Origin: Dudresnaya verticillata
Taxonomy: Eukaryota
Assembly (NCBI GenBank): GCA_977862235.1
Contig: OZ374559.1
Coordinates: forward strand, 1,860,001-1,924,000
DNA length: 64,000 nucleotides
Reading direction: 5' to 3'
A program made the position numbers and the translations under genes. The notes under the pieces are model-generated. The model was given only the letters and a program-made list of their open reading frames with translations. It was not told the origin of the DNA and did not search any database. Shown here piece after piece: positions 48,591-62,866 of the stretch (its first letter is position 1; each line of letters opens with the position of its first letter).

Positions 48591-48671
48591 AGCAAGCACA
48601 AAGTGTTGGCGGCTCAACAGCAAACTGTTTCTGCGAAGAACTCTGCTTTAGAGAGAGAGTTAAACACAGCA

Positions 48672-49797
48672 ATGGAGAGCTTGAAAACCAAGCAGATTCG
48701 GTGGAATACCATCGAAAACGAGGACAAACAGGAAAATGATGAATTGTGAGACCTGAAAGATACTCGGGCAGAGCTGGAGTCGGTTAAGCAAGAAAATAAC
48801 GTAATTAAAGAATGGTTCGACAAAGCCAAAGGTGAAGCGATGAAGCATAAGACCGTCTCCCCACCACAACCAGCAGATCCAGGTTTTCCGCGTATGTATG
48901 AAACCCTCTTTCATCGTTGGAAACTGACAAAGCTAATCGGACAGGGTGGCTTTGGAGCAGTATAAAAAGGAAGTGGACACTTTGAATCGATCAGCAAACA
49001 TCGCGATGAAGGTGCAACTCATCCAGGACACCGCAGGCTTTGAACTAGGATATGAGCGCAACATATACCGACAGTTTGCCCATCGTCATGGTCAGGAATC
49101 GGAAGATCAGTTCATGCCGCGAGCCCGGGGGTACAGCCGGATCCCAGGCAAGTATGAGGTACTTTCCATTGATCTTCTCGGCCCTTCAGTACAAGACTAC
49201 TGGCAACGCTTCTATTGCACCTTTACCCTCACCGGTATTTTGACGTTTGGAATCAGAGCGCTGACCTGTCTCGAGAGGTTCCACGACAACGGTTACGTAC
49301 ATCGGGACATGAAAGCAGGAAAATGAAACTTTTTGACAGACCTGCATGGCCAAGGTAAGCTGTACTTGGCTGACTTCGGGATGTCTGTGGAATATGAAAG
49401 CTGGGAGAACCCACCGCAACAAGATGAACGAGAAGTGTTTGGAACGCTTCTCTATGCTTCAAAGACAGCACACCAGCGCAAGCCCCAGTCTCGGGCAAGT
49501 GATCTTGAGTCACTTGGGTACGTTCTCTTTGAGATGATTAAAGGTGAACTTCCTTGGAGCCATGTTGCTCGCAACTGCCACGGTGGGCGCTGGGAAGCTT
49601 GCCTTACCTTTAAGAAGATAGGAATCAATTGCCATGAATCTCCGTGGCTCGTCAAATACTTTGACTGCATCGAGAAGCTGACATAGACATTCTCACAGCA
49701 TCCTGACTATGACGGACTGCGAGAGATTCTTAAGAAGTGTTTGGGACAAAGGGAAGGAGAGGTTGATTGGGTGCGATATGCCGAGGACCATGTGTGA
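48672..49797 (+). pseudogene. CK1-like kinase pseudogene (unit 1)
   Basis: Stop and frameshift after the Gly loop; in-frame insertions AAATGA (49321-49326) and TAGACA (about 49684-49689) introduce stops. Confidence 0.88.
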
Positions 49798-52700
49798 ATA
49801 TTGTATCTACAATATCGAAAGGAATTGCTTGCTTTCAGGATCAGACATGCCTGAGACTTAACTACCTCTCAGATGACATGGAAGGTACATGAGAGGGGCG
49901 TCGTTAATGTAGATATCGACTCTGGTCTGGTGTGGCTTGTTATATATCTTGTAAAACTTGAATAACTTGGCTTGAAGAGCTGTTCACTCATGGCTGAACC
50001 GCTACTATTTGTTTTCTGTTTACGTTCAAGCACTACCGCTCAAGCTATTTGATTTACTGTTTATCGTTCAAGCAGTTGAGCAGTTACGTACTAGATATGT
50101 TGTTACGATTATTCCAGCAGTCCACGACTACGGTCTGATAGAACTAGCTGTTTTGTTACGTTTATGTTACGTCTAGCACTGCAGTTGAATTCATGCTACA
50201 GACCATGTTTTAGGGCAAACTGTGGTCTATTTATACTGACCTTCTCGTGGTCTGCAATAGGCATAGCTATCGAACCACAACAATACTTACCAACTTATCA
50301 GCACCCATTCATCCCTTTCTGCATCTCGTTCCGTTTGGTCAGCATTCCCTTCCTCAATGTGCCCCTTTTCCTTCATCAAAAACTGTGTATGCTCTGTGCG
50401 TGATGAAGGTTGAAACGGAGTCTGACCAATATGGGGGAGCCCTCTGTGCATTAGTAGGATGGCCCATCCTACTAATATAATACAAAAGCAGCACCCACCT
50501 TGGATGGGTGCTTCTTTCGTATAAAATAAAAGCTAGTATTGTGTTGACTTGACCGAGAGCTTTCAGAGAAAGATCAGCAAACCTGTTGCTTCAGGCGCCG
50601 TATTTCGTACCAGTCCTGTTGCCCGATTGCGCAGAACCGAACTTCAAACGAAGATATATTAGTTGTTTGACATACAGGATATATGTTGTATACACTTGTT
50701 GCTTTGCGTAACCATCCAAGTGGAGTTGACAGGAACAGTTACTGTATCAATATATCCTTGTCATATAAGAAATCACTGGAATACCGTGTATGCTTAGCTG
50801 TTACGGAAAAGGTAAGTGTAATAGGTTATCCCCAGCATTAGCTAGCTGGGTATAAACTACAGTCTGTTCTTTCTGTGAGAGCTCTGCTTCAAATTCAACA
50901 TAAAGTATTTTGCTTGAATGACGCAAGAGGCTGACAACCAAGCCGAGGAAACCGCTTGTGCAATGTCTCGCTTTACACCCGCCATACTGCCATGCATTCA
51001 ATGCAGGTGCCTCGTCTGCAATCCGTTGTATGTTCTTCTTTTCTCAAAGCAGGGACGCAACTGTGATCAGTGTGCAATTTCCCTTCGAGATGCATGGAGT
51101 GACTCGTGAACATTATGGATAGGAGCATGGCATTCATTTGTTAAGGCTCCGAAGCAGCGTCGATGAATGGCTGAGAGCGAACTATCAGGAAGCCACGTCG
51201 GTCCCAAATCTGGAGCTTTTCCTTATTAAACATAAAAACATAAATAATAATATGGAAAATAAGATTAAACAAACATCTCTCCTCGCCCGTATTCTTCACT
51301 GTTCTCCTTTGTTGCGCCCTCACTCTTGGAAAGGATGGGGAAGTGCCAGTTCAAAGGGTTTCCGATGGATTCAATAAAACATGCCGTCTTCCTGTACAAG
51401 GGTGCATGCAAAGCCATCAGCGCTTCAAAGCGTGCAGAGCCATCAGCGGTTTAATGCTTGTTTCTCAAATCTTCTTTCCCACCATCACCTGGATCCGAAT
51501 ACCCGTCGCGGTATCGTCCTGTAATAAAGCCTGGCATGCGTTGCGAGCCATCATGGGCAGGAGGGGCTTCAATAGAGTTCAGTGTTTCATTGTCATAGCC
51601 AACAAAATTGATCATGCAAGGCTCAGAAACATTGTGTTTGAAGTATGTGTGCTCAACTGCGCAGAATGCCCATTCTGCGGCGGAAATTGGTACCTCCCTT
51701 GCTTTGCTAGTATCCTTTCTCCGCCCCTTAGGCCTGTCCTCTATCCTCGAGGGCAGGACTAAGAGGAGACTCCTTTCACCTGCTTTGGCAACGGTCCCCT
51801 AACACCATTTGTATACATATACTGTTGTGGTATGCGTATCGCTGTGTCGGAATGCAGCCCCAAGTAGATGGCAGCACGACACAGCGATGCGCATACCACA
51901 ACTTGTATATGGTACATATGTATACTACATATATAAGCAAAGCATGTCTTTGTGACGCTACGCGCACATGCTTCGACATTGAGCGTATACGAAAATGTGA
52001 ATCAGGTACGGGCTATCGACCAAAAGCAAAGGCGTCCGTGTCTAGAATCGGAAGTGGGGGCTATTAATCGAAATCCGGTTTCAAACAGGCGTAGCAGTAA
52101 ATCTAAAGCTGCTCTCTTGGGTGAAAGACAGACAGGAATAAGTTTGTATGACTTTCATTAGTATCACAACACACAAACGGTACTCGAGGAGTCTGGATAC
52201 AGGAGTCATTAAAACCGCGTTTGAAACGCGGGCTGTTCTGTGTTGCAACATGCTGAAATACTGTCATCCTTTGACAAAAGTTAGTACCGCGAGCATGCTC
52301 ATGCTGTGTCTGCATGTGAAGAGTTTAGTATTCGTTTTAACTTGCGCTCTGCTCCGTAGGATGACAGGCCTGCGTATGCAGCACGGCGCTGTCTGGAAAC
52401 TGCTTCACCAAAAACGTTGCAATTCAATTGACAAGAAGTCCAGAGAAACTACGTATTTTCGTCGGTGCACCTCGTCATCTCCTTTCAAGCATCGTTCGAA
52501 AGCCTCAACGCTGCGATCACAGAGCTTGAACAGATTCAAGCTAATGTTTCAAATGGCAGCTCTGCACCGTGATGTTCTCCATTATAGAACAGGCACCCCC
52601 CATGGAGGTGTTCAGATAGAGGATAGCAATGAATGAGATCATGACTGATGCACATAATATCCAGGACGCATAATCGCTACTCTCCTTCCGAGGGTTTTAA

Positions 52701-53903
52701 GAGTCCTCGGCGACAATCGACGTGTATTTCAATATGTAATGGTACGTGTCGTGGATGCTTTCTTCTGCATCTCCGAAGGCTCTATGATAAATAAACCTTC
52801 ACAGTACCATCCAGATCCGTCGCAGAAGCACTAAATACAAAAGAAAAGTTCCCCACTCTCGTTCTGCACAATACAAAGAAATAAACTTTCATATTGCAGA
52901 AGTGTTCTCAAAGGAGTTCAACGTAGAGTGTTATCTTGTTTTCTCTTCCCACGGGTTTTTAACAGATGCTTCATTATTTATTATCTCGAGTATGGCATAA
53001 AGCCCATGGTTTCTCTTCGAGCACAGAGCCCGTGAGGCCGCAACACTACGGCATGTTGGACTTATTTGCAACAGAATTCCAATATGGAAGTTGTAGTGCT
53101 TTGATGGTTCTCGTGTCACCTTTTCCAGGCCCATTTGCAGTCTCTCCCGTAGATCTGCTAGTGTCAAACTGCCAACCCCACCTTCTTACCCGGGATGAAC
53201 TTCCCCCAGCCAAAAACATCAGCTGGGCTCTCCTTCAAGGATCTCTTGCTAGCACCATTTTGCAGCGCTCCGGCATTCGCCATCTTTTTTCTCGCCCTGC
53301 AAGAGTGTTCAAGAGAGCCCGTGCCGTTTTATTTCTCCATCATTCCTCTTCTCCGGAAAAGTTTCAAAGTACCGAAAATGCTTCATACGCATTCCCAGTA
53401 ACCAGGAATAGCTCTATGACTTCATAACTACGTATCCTTCCTGAGGGGAGAAGGGAAAAGGATCTAATAACCAAGCGCTAATAATTGCAGTCGGCATACT
53501 TGAATGTTTAGCCCGCGAAAGCAGTTTACTGCATCTTTGTATTGCAACAAAGACAAACAGCAAACAACCCTCTCACCTCCCAGGCCCATCTACGAAATAG
53601 AATTGAAGAGAAAAGTAATCCCTGCTAGTCAAGTATTATTGCTGTCCCATTTGGTTCCTGTTTGACGGCAACCAGGACCAGGTCAACCAGACGTGCTGCG
53701 CATGAATATACCAGAGGGCTAGGAGCTTCAGCGGCCATGAAATCAGAATCTCCAACAAATCGCCTCTCCCTATCCTGGTCCTGAACACTATATAAAGCAA
53801 CGACGCATCCCAGTTTGTGGGATTCATTCATCAGACACGCAACACTCAGTTGCACCTGAATACAACATCAATTCAGAAAAGCTTTCCAAGTCCACCCCAC
53901 ACC

Positions 53904-54278
53904 ATGAAGATTACCGCTATGCTCTGCATCTGCCTAGCATTCGCAGCTCTACATGCATCAAATGGACGATTTATTTCCGGTGACCAGCAGACAGAAGCCG
54001 TCAAGGTCAAGAAAAATATGCTCTTCACTCAAGGCGAGAACGCTGCAGAGATCCCAGCCTTTCCTTCTGAGCAACGTGATGGCCGCTTCAATGCCATTAC
54101 TGTTCGCCAGGGCTATTATAGTACCGCTCCTCGACCACCGCCTCCCCCTCCGGCGGCGTGCCCGTGCAGATGCACGACGCATACAAATGCAGTTCAACAG
54201 TGCAGAAGGTTCTCTGAACGAAGGTGCTGGCTGCAGCCACAGAAATGTAGTGGAGATCGGGTCATGTGCTGTTGCTAA
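53904..54278 (+). CDS. Secreted Cys-rich prepropeptide, copy C
   Basis: Identical translation to copy B. Confidence 0.8.
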   Translation: MKITAMLCICLAFAALHASNGRFISGDQQTEAVKVKKNMLFTQGENAAEIPAFPSEQRDGRFNAITVRQGYYSTAPRPPPPPPAACPCRCTTHTNAVQQCRRFSERRCWLQPQKCSGDRVMCCC

Positions 54279-56706
54279 GTTTTTTGTGGTCTTTTTCTCC
54301 TTTTAGCTGGACAAGCAATTCACGAATAAGATTGTTTTAGTTCTCAAATAGCCTCTTATTGCAATAAATATTGCTGTGAAATGCGTTAGAGTTGGACTAC
54401 TGATTCATGATCGTGTACTTTCTTTGGTACTAGTAGATAGCATCCATTAGGGAAGACGTCTCGCTTTGATAAAAGGATACATGCTCCTTTTCTGCAATTG
54501 TGGATGGAATGGCCCCCTCTTTTGGATACCAAGTGTAGTACTTACTGACTCTCTTTGGATTTTCTATCGCGATGTTAAAGAAGGCTAATCATTCAGCTCT
54601 TTGAAGAAGGGAATCCTGCAAACCTACTTCATATCTCCAACTTTTGTCCATACAAATCCTGTCCCAATGTTTCCATCCGCTGACGCTGTTGAAGCGAACG
54701 GCGAAGGAAATCGCAGTGATGGGTATTGTGGGATATTTGGTGAGGTAGATCTGCCTGTCACGACGTCTTTAATCCCAATGATGGTTACAAACGTTGAGTC
54801 ATGTTACCTTCCGGAAAATAAATACGGTAAGGTAATGCTCCCTCGGTAAAAGTAATCTATTAGGCTAAGAGAGCATCTATAGACTGCATGGGTTATCATA
54901 GATTTATGCTTGGAACTTTGCCGTATATTAATAATGCGATGCGAAATGAAGGTATTGTTTCACTGACTTGTTTCGGAACGGATGCTTTATGGGATTTTTA
55001 TGACCATAGCTTCAATCTCGGTCTTAATTGACATCGCTCTTGAATGTAGGATTTCGTCTTCGTTTGACTCCAGCCGTTCTTCGTTAGCCCGTGTAAGAGC
55101 CATTCCGCTCATCTTAATATTTTATATATTCAACGGCATACTGAAAATGAGGTCTTACACCTTTGCAAGTGCATGCGATATGGAATTTGTTGCTAATGTT
55201 TCTGGCGAAACTCTGCGTTTCTCGACGTCGAACCGTCGGGAATTAAGCCCAAGTCCACTTCTGGACGAAGCAACAAGGCCACCACTGATCCATTGTATCT
55301 TCTGGTAGGCATATATTTGCTTAGACGTGCGGTGCAATGCATATACAAACAAAACTGGCTTGTCGTGGGTGCGCCAAATGTAGTTCTTGACGTCTTGTTG
55401 CCAGATTATCTTAGTTGGTTCATTAGGACGGAACCATAATATTCACTTCCAGACCTTGCTGCAGGTTCATCTAAATATTCCCTCAATCGGTATCCGTGAA
55501 CGGAATGCATACATTTATCTGCGTGCAATACCAGCAGTCGAACTATATTAAGAGTGGTTTTGTATTGTTGTTTCAACTTTTCAAATTATAGGACTAGAAC
55601 CGACGCAGGGACCCAATTACTTCTCAACAGTCTTCACAAGATGTTGGCGCATTGTGTTTGTTGCCTTCTAATGCATAAACGTCCCGTTACTACCGTACCT
55701 CATTTGTTCATGTGATACCCGCGCACACGTCGATGAATATCTCTCCGTTCTGACGATGATTCCCCCGTACCTATGACAGCTTTATTGAATTCACGAAGGG
55801 GTGATAATTTGGGGCACACACCGATCTATTTGGACACAGCGCTGAAGATGCCGTTTTTGCAGATGAGATGGAAATGTTATGTGGGCACATTTGTGTATCT
55901 GCAAGCAACTGGACATCGCGTACGGTATTCCAGGTATTTTCTAAATCTTGCTTCTAATAACGATGAGAGCAGAAAAATGCGATTCCGCTGAACAACTTGG
56001 CTTGAAAAGAGCTGTTCTGTTCACTCATGGCTGAACCACTACTATTTTTTCTGTTTATCGTTCAAGCACTGCCGTTCAAGCTATTTGTTTTACTGCTTAT
56101 CGTTCAAGCCGTCGGCATTTACATACTAGATATGTTGTTATGATTATTTCTAGCGGTTCACGGCTACGGTCTGATAGAACTAGCTGTTTGTTAGGTTTAT
56201 GTTACGTCTAGTACAGCAGTTTTATTCACGCTATAGACTACATTGTAGCGCAGACTGTGGTCTATCTATACTGACCTTCTCGAGGTGCAGCAGTTTTAGA
56301 CATCGAACTACAACAACACTTACCAACTTATCAGTACCCATTCATCCTGTCCTTCATCACTTTCCCTTTTGTCAGCGTTCCCTTCCTCAGCGCGCCCCTT
56401 CCCTTTTCAATCCCCATGAAGCCATACCGGAATTTTTCTAAATCGTTGGCGGGAAATAGACCTGCGGGCTGCGGGTAAGGGATCAAATCGCGTGAGTGTC
56501 ATCATCATCGTCAAAACATTATTGAAGCAAGATGAACAGCGGAAACCCCTAATGACTCAGCAGCTGATGACTATTGGAAGGCCTGGACAAACTGGACCTC
56601 TACGATTCATTGCGAGGGCTGTGAGCTGGAGAATGCGGGAAACCAGGGGTGAAACTAACGAATGGTATTGGGAATGGAGTGCTAGGATTTGTTCCCCGGC
56701 ACGTGG

Positions 56707-57553
56707 CTAGGAAGGAAGCGAGCTTTTGGAGTGCAGTACGGCATTCGGGACCAATGCTGCCGTGGATGTCAAAGCCCGGCGGCTGAAGCGAAATAGAATG
56801 TGATGGAAATCTTTACTCAAAGTTAAAGGTGAGCTTAGGCGGGCAACATAGGCCCGTTTACAAGCGCATCGGCACATCGTGCCAACGGAAGGCCAGTGCT
56901 GCGAGGATAGAGGAGGATGGTGGTGGGGGTGGGGGTGGGGCGGGGAGCAGGAGAATGTGCTGCACAAACGGTGCGATACTTGCGATTCTTCCCCGTTCAG
57001 CGACTTGGGCGGCCCCTGCAGGAATTACAGCTGCCTTGGACACAGCGCGAGCAGTAGAGGGAGCAACAATAGTAAGGTCATATCTAAGGCATGAATCAGA
57101 AAAGGCAGGATCATCCAACACCAAGTCGAAACTTCAAAGATCGTCCTGGAAACGAAAAGACTGCTCTCTTGTTACAGAAAGCCCGATAGACAGGTGTCGG
57201 AGATGGGAAAAAAGGGGGTCCCGAATAGAATTGTGACGACGAGTTGAGCCTTGGGCACAGGGACATGTGGAAGCATGATACCCGAAACGGCCAAGGGAAA
57301 CCACGCGACCAGAAACGGAGAGACAAGCAGAACAAGGGAGATCTGGCGCAACTACAGGTGCGCCCAAACGCAAGTCGAGCATGGTAGCCCAGTAGCCCAG
57401 GTGATACAGAGGTGCCTCGGCGTGGATCGGGGAATGCAGTCAAGGCCGTACGACATTTCAAACTACCACAGGAGAGAAGCCGGGTCCTTTTGACACGATC
57501 TGGAATCCAGAGGCTTGTGCCTGTGTGCTTGCTACCTGTTTTAAAAAAAAGAT
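56707..57553 (-). mobile_element. Degenerate CRE-like non-LTR fragment (copy in unit 2)
   Basis: Copy of 47744-48590 at +8963. Confidence 0.65.
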
Positions 57554-57634
57554 AGCAAGCACAAAGTGTTGGCGGCTCAACAGCAAACTGTTTCTGCGAA
57601 GAACTCTGCTTTAGAGAGAGAGTTAAACACAGCA

Positions 57635-58760
57635 ATGGAGAGCTTGAAAACCAAGCAGATTCGGTGGAATACCATCGAAAACGAGGACAAACAGGAAAAT
57701 GATGAATTGTGAGACCTGAAAGATACTCGGGCAGAGCTGGAGTCGGTTAAGCAAGAAAATAACGTAATTAAAGAATGGTTCGACAAAGCCAAAGGTGAAG
57801 CGATGAAGCATAAGACCGTCTCCCCACCACAACCAGCAGATCCAGGTTTTCCGCGTATGTATGAAACCCTCTTTCATCGTTGGAAACTGACAAAGCTAAT
57901 CGGACAGGGTGGCTTTGGAGCAGTATAAAAAGGAAGTGGACACTTTGAATCGATCAGCAAACATCGCGATGAAGGTGCAACTCATCCAGGACACCGCAGG
58001 CTTTGAACTAGGATATGAGCGCAACATATACCGACAGTTTGCCCATCGTCATGGTCAGGAATCGGAAGATCAGTTCATGCCGCGAGCCCGGGGGTACAGC
58101 CGGATCCCAGGCAAGTATGAGGTACTTTCCATTGATCTTCTCGGCCCTTCAGTACAAGACTACTGGCAACGCTTCTATTGCACCTTTACCCTCACCGGTA
58201 TTTTGACGTTTGGAATCAGAGCGCTGACCTGTCTCGAGAGGTTCCACGACAACGGTTACGTACATCGGGACATGAAAGCAGGAAAATGAAACTTTTTGAC
58301 AGACCTGCATGGCCAAGGTAAGCTGTACTTGGCTGACTTCGGGATGTCTGTGGAATATGAAAGCTGGGAGAACCCACCGCAACAAGATGAACGAGAAGTG
58401 TTTGGAACGCTTCTCTATGCTTCAAAGACAGCACACCAGCGCAAGCCCCAGTCTCGGGCAAGTGATCTTGAGTCACTTGGGTACGTTCTCTTTGAGATGA
58501 TTAAAGGTGAACTTCCTTGGAGCCATGTTGCTCGCAACTGCCACGGTGGGCGCTGGGAAGCTTGCCTTACCTTTAAGAAGATAGGAATCAATTGCCATGA
58601 ATCTCCGTGGCTCGTCAAATACTTTGACTGCATCGAGAAGCTGACATAGACATTCTCACAGCATCCTGACTATGACGGACTGCGAGAGATTCTTAAGAAG
58701 TGTTTGGGACAAAGGGAAGGAGAGGTTGATTGGGTGCGATATGCCGAGGACCATGTGTGA
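57635..58760 (+). pseudogene. CK1-like kinase pseudogene (unit 2)
   Basis: Same lesions as 48672-49797. Confidence 0.88.
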
Positions 58761-61700
58761 ATATTGTATCTACAATATCGAAAGGAATTGCTTGCTTTCA
58801 GGATCAGACATGCCTGAGACTTAACTACCTCTCAGATGACATGGAAGGTACATGAGAGGGGCGTCGTTAATGTAGATATCGACTCTGGTCTGGTGTGGCT
58901 TGTTATATATCTTGTAAAACTTGAATAACTTGGCTTGAAGAGCTGTTCACTCATGGCTGAACCGCTACTATTTGTTTTCTGTTTACGTTCAAGCACTACC
59001 GCTCAAGCTATTTGATTTACTGTTTATCGTTCAAGCAGTTGAGCAGTTACGTACTAGATATGTTGTTACGATTATTCCAGCAGTCCACGACTACGGTCTG
59101 ATAGAACTAGCTGTTTTGTTACGTTTATGTTACGTCTAGCACTGCAGTTGAATTCATGCTACAGACCATGTTTTAGGGCAAACTGTGGTCTATTTATACT
59201 GACCTTCTCGTGGTCTGCAATAGGCATAGCTATCGAACCACAACAATACTTACCAACTTATCAGCACCCATTCATCCCTTTCTGCATCTCGTTCCGTTTG
59301 GTCAGCATTCCCTTCCTCAATGTGCCCCTTTTCCTTCATCAAAAACTGTGTATGCTCTGTGCGTGATGAAGGTTGAAACGGAGTCTGACCAATATGGGGG
59401 AGCCCTCTGTGCATTAGTAGGATGGCCCATCCTACTAATATAATACAAAAGCAGCACCCACCTTGGATGGGTGCTTCTTTCGTATAAAATAAAAGCTAGT
59501 ATTGTGTTGACTTGACCGAGAGCTTTCAGAGAAAGATCAGCAAACCTGTTGCTTCAGGCGCCGTATTTCGTACCAGTCCTGTTGCCCGATTGCGCAGAAC
59601 CGAACTTCAAACGAAGATATATTAGTTGTTTGACATACAGGATATATGTTGTATACACTTGTTGCTTTGCGTAACCATCCAAGTGGAGTTGACAGGAACA
59701 GTTACTGTATCAATATATCCTTGTCATATAAGAAATCACTGGAATACCGTGTATGCTTAGCTGTTACGGAAAAGGTAAGTGTAATAGGTTATCCCCAGCA
59801 TTAGCTAGCTGGGTATAAACTACAGTCTGTTCTTTCTGTGAGAGCTCTGCTTCAAATTCAACATAAAGTATTTTGCTTGAATGACGCAAGAGGCTGACAA
59901 CCAAGCCGAGGAAACCGCTTGTGCAATGTCTCGCTTTACACCCGCCATACTGCCATGCATTCAATGCAGGTGCCTCGTCTGCAATCCGTTGTATGTTCTT
60001 CTTTTCTCAAAGCAGGGACGCAACTGTGATCAGTGTGCAATTTCCCTTCGAGATGCATGGAGTGACTCGTGAACATTATGGATAGGAGCATGGCATTCAT
60101 TTGTTAAGGCTCCGAAGCAGCGTCGATGAATGGCTGAGAGCGAACTATCAGGAAGCCACGTCGGTCCCAAATCTGGAGCTTTTCCTTATTAAACATAAAA
60201 ACATAAATAATAATATGGAAAATAAGATTAAACAAACATCTCTCCTCGCCCGTATTCTTCACTGTTCTCCTTTGTTGCGCCCTCACTCTTGGAAAGGATG
60301 GGGAAGTGCCAGTTCAAAGGGTTTCCGATGGATTCAATAAAACATGCCGTCTTCCTGTACAAGGGTGCATGCAAAGCCATCAGCGCTTCAAAGCGTGCAG
60401 AGCCATCAGCGGTTTAATGCTTGTTTCTCAAATCTTCTTTCCCACCATCACCTGGATCCGAATACCCGTCGCGGTATCGTCCTGTAATAAAGCCTGGCAT
60501 GCGTTGCGAGCCATCATGGGCAGGAGGGGCTTCAATAGAGTTCAGTGTTTCATTGTCATAGCCAACAAAATTGATCATGCAAGGCTCAGAAACATTGTGT
60601 TTGAAGTATGTGTGCTCAACTGCGCAGAATGCCCATTCTGCGGCGGAAATTGGTACCTCCCTTGCTTTGCTAGTATCCTTTCTCCGCCCCTTAGGCCTGT
60701 CCTCTATCCTCGAGGGCAGGACTAAGAGGAGACTCCTTTCACCTGCTTTGGCAACGGTCCCCTAACACCATTTGTATACATATACTGTTGTGGTATGCGT
60801 ATCGCTGTGTCGGAATGCAGCCCCAAGTAGATGGCAGCACGACACAGCGATGCGCATACCACAACTTGTATATGGTACATATGTATACTACATATATAAG
60901 CAAAGCATGTCTTTGTGACGCTACGCGCACATGCTTCGACATTGAGCGTATACGAAAATGTGAATCAGGTACGGGCTATCGACCAAAAGCAAAGGCGTCC
61001 GTGTCTAGAATCGGAAGTGGGGGCTATTAATCGAAATCCGGTTTCAAACAGGCGTAGCAGTAAATCTAAAGCTGCTCTCTTGGGTGAAAGACAGACAGGA
61101 ATAAGTTTGTATGACTTTCATTAGTATCACAACACACAAACGGTACTCGAGGAGTCTGGATACAGGAGTCATTAAAACCGCGTTTGAAACGCGGGCTGTT
61201 CTGTGTTGCAACATGCTGAAATACTGTCATCCTTTGACAAAAGTTAGTACCGCGAGCATGCTCATGCTGTGTCTGCATGTGAAGAGTTTAGTATTCGTTT
61301 TAACTTGCGCTCTGCTCCGTAGGATGACAGGCCTGCGTATGCAGCACGGCGCTGTCTGGAAACTGCTTCACCAAAAACGTTGCAATTCAATTGACAAGAA
61401 GTCCAGAGAAACTACGTATTTTCGTCGGTGCACCTCGTCATCTCCTTTCAAGCATCGTTCGAAAGCCTCAACGCTGCGATCACAGAGCTTGAACAGATTC
61501 AAGCTAATGTTTCAAATGGCAGCTCTGCACCGTGATGTTCTCCATTATAGAACAGGCACCCCCCATGGAGGTGTTCAGATAGAGGATAGCAATGAATGAG
61601 ATCATGACTGATGCACATAATATCCAGGACGCATAATCGCTACTCTCCTTCCGAGGGTTTTAAGAGTCCTCGGCGACAATCGACGTGTATTTCAATATGT

Positions 61701-62866
61701 AATGGTACGTGTCGTGGATGCTTTCTTCTGCATCTCCGAAGGCTCTATGATAAATAAACCTTCACAGTACCATCCAGATCCGTCGCAGAAGCACTAAATA
61801 CAAAAGAAAAGTTCCCCACTCTCGTTCTGCACAATACAAAGAAATAAACTTTCATATTGCAGAAGTGTTCTCAAAGGAGTTCAACGTAGAGTGTTATCTT
61901 GTTTTCTCTTCCCACGGGTTTTTAACAGATGCTTCATTATTTATTATCTCGAGTATGGCATAAAGCCCATGGTTTCTCTTCGAGCACAGAGCCCGTGAGG
62001 CCGCAACACTACGGCATGTTGGACTTATTTGCAACAGAATTCCAATATGGAAGTTGTAGTGCTTTGATGGTTCTCGTGTCACCTTTTCCAGGCCCATTTG
62101 CAGTCTCTCCCGTAGATCTGCTAGTGTCAAACTGCCAACCCCACCTTCTTACCCGGGATGAACTTCCCCCAGCCAAAAACATCAGCTGGGCTCTCCTTCA
62201 AGGATCTCTTGCTAGCACCATTTTGCAGCGCTCCGGCATTCGCCATCTTTTTTCTCGCCCTGCAAGAGTGTTCAAGAGAGCCCGTGCCGTTTTATTTCTC
62301 CATCATTCCTCTTCTCCGGAAAAGTTTCAAAGTACCGAAAATGCTTCATACGCATTCCCAGTAACCAGGAATAGCTCTATGACTTCATAACTACGTATCC
62401 TTCCTGAGGGGAGAAGGGAAAAGGATCTAATAACCAAGCGCTAATAATTGCAGTCGGCATACTTGAATGTTTAGCCCGCGAAAGCAGTTTACTGCATCTT
62501 TGTATTGCAACAAAGACAAACAGCAAACAACCCTCTCACCTCCCAGGCCCATCTACGAAATAGAATTGAAGAGAAAAGTAATCCCTGCTAGTCAAGTATT
62601 ATTGCTGTCCCATTTGGTTCCTGTTTGACGGCAACCAGGACCAGGTCAACCAGACGTGCTGCGCATGAATATACCAGAGGGCTAGGAGCTTCAGCGGCCA
62701 TGAAATCAGAATCTCCAACAAATCGCCTCTCCCTATCCTGGTCCTGAACACTATATAAAGCAACGACGCATCCCAGTTTGTGGGATTCATTCATCAGACA
62801 CGCAACACTCAGTTGCACCTGAATACAACATCAATTCAGAAAAGCTTTCCAAGTCCACCCCACACC

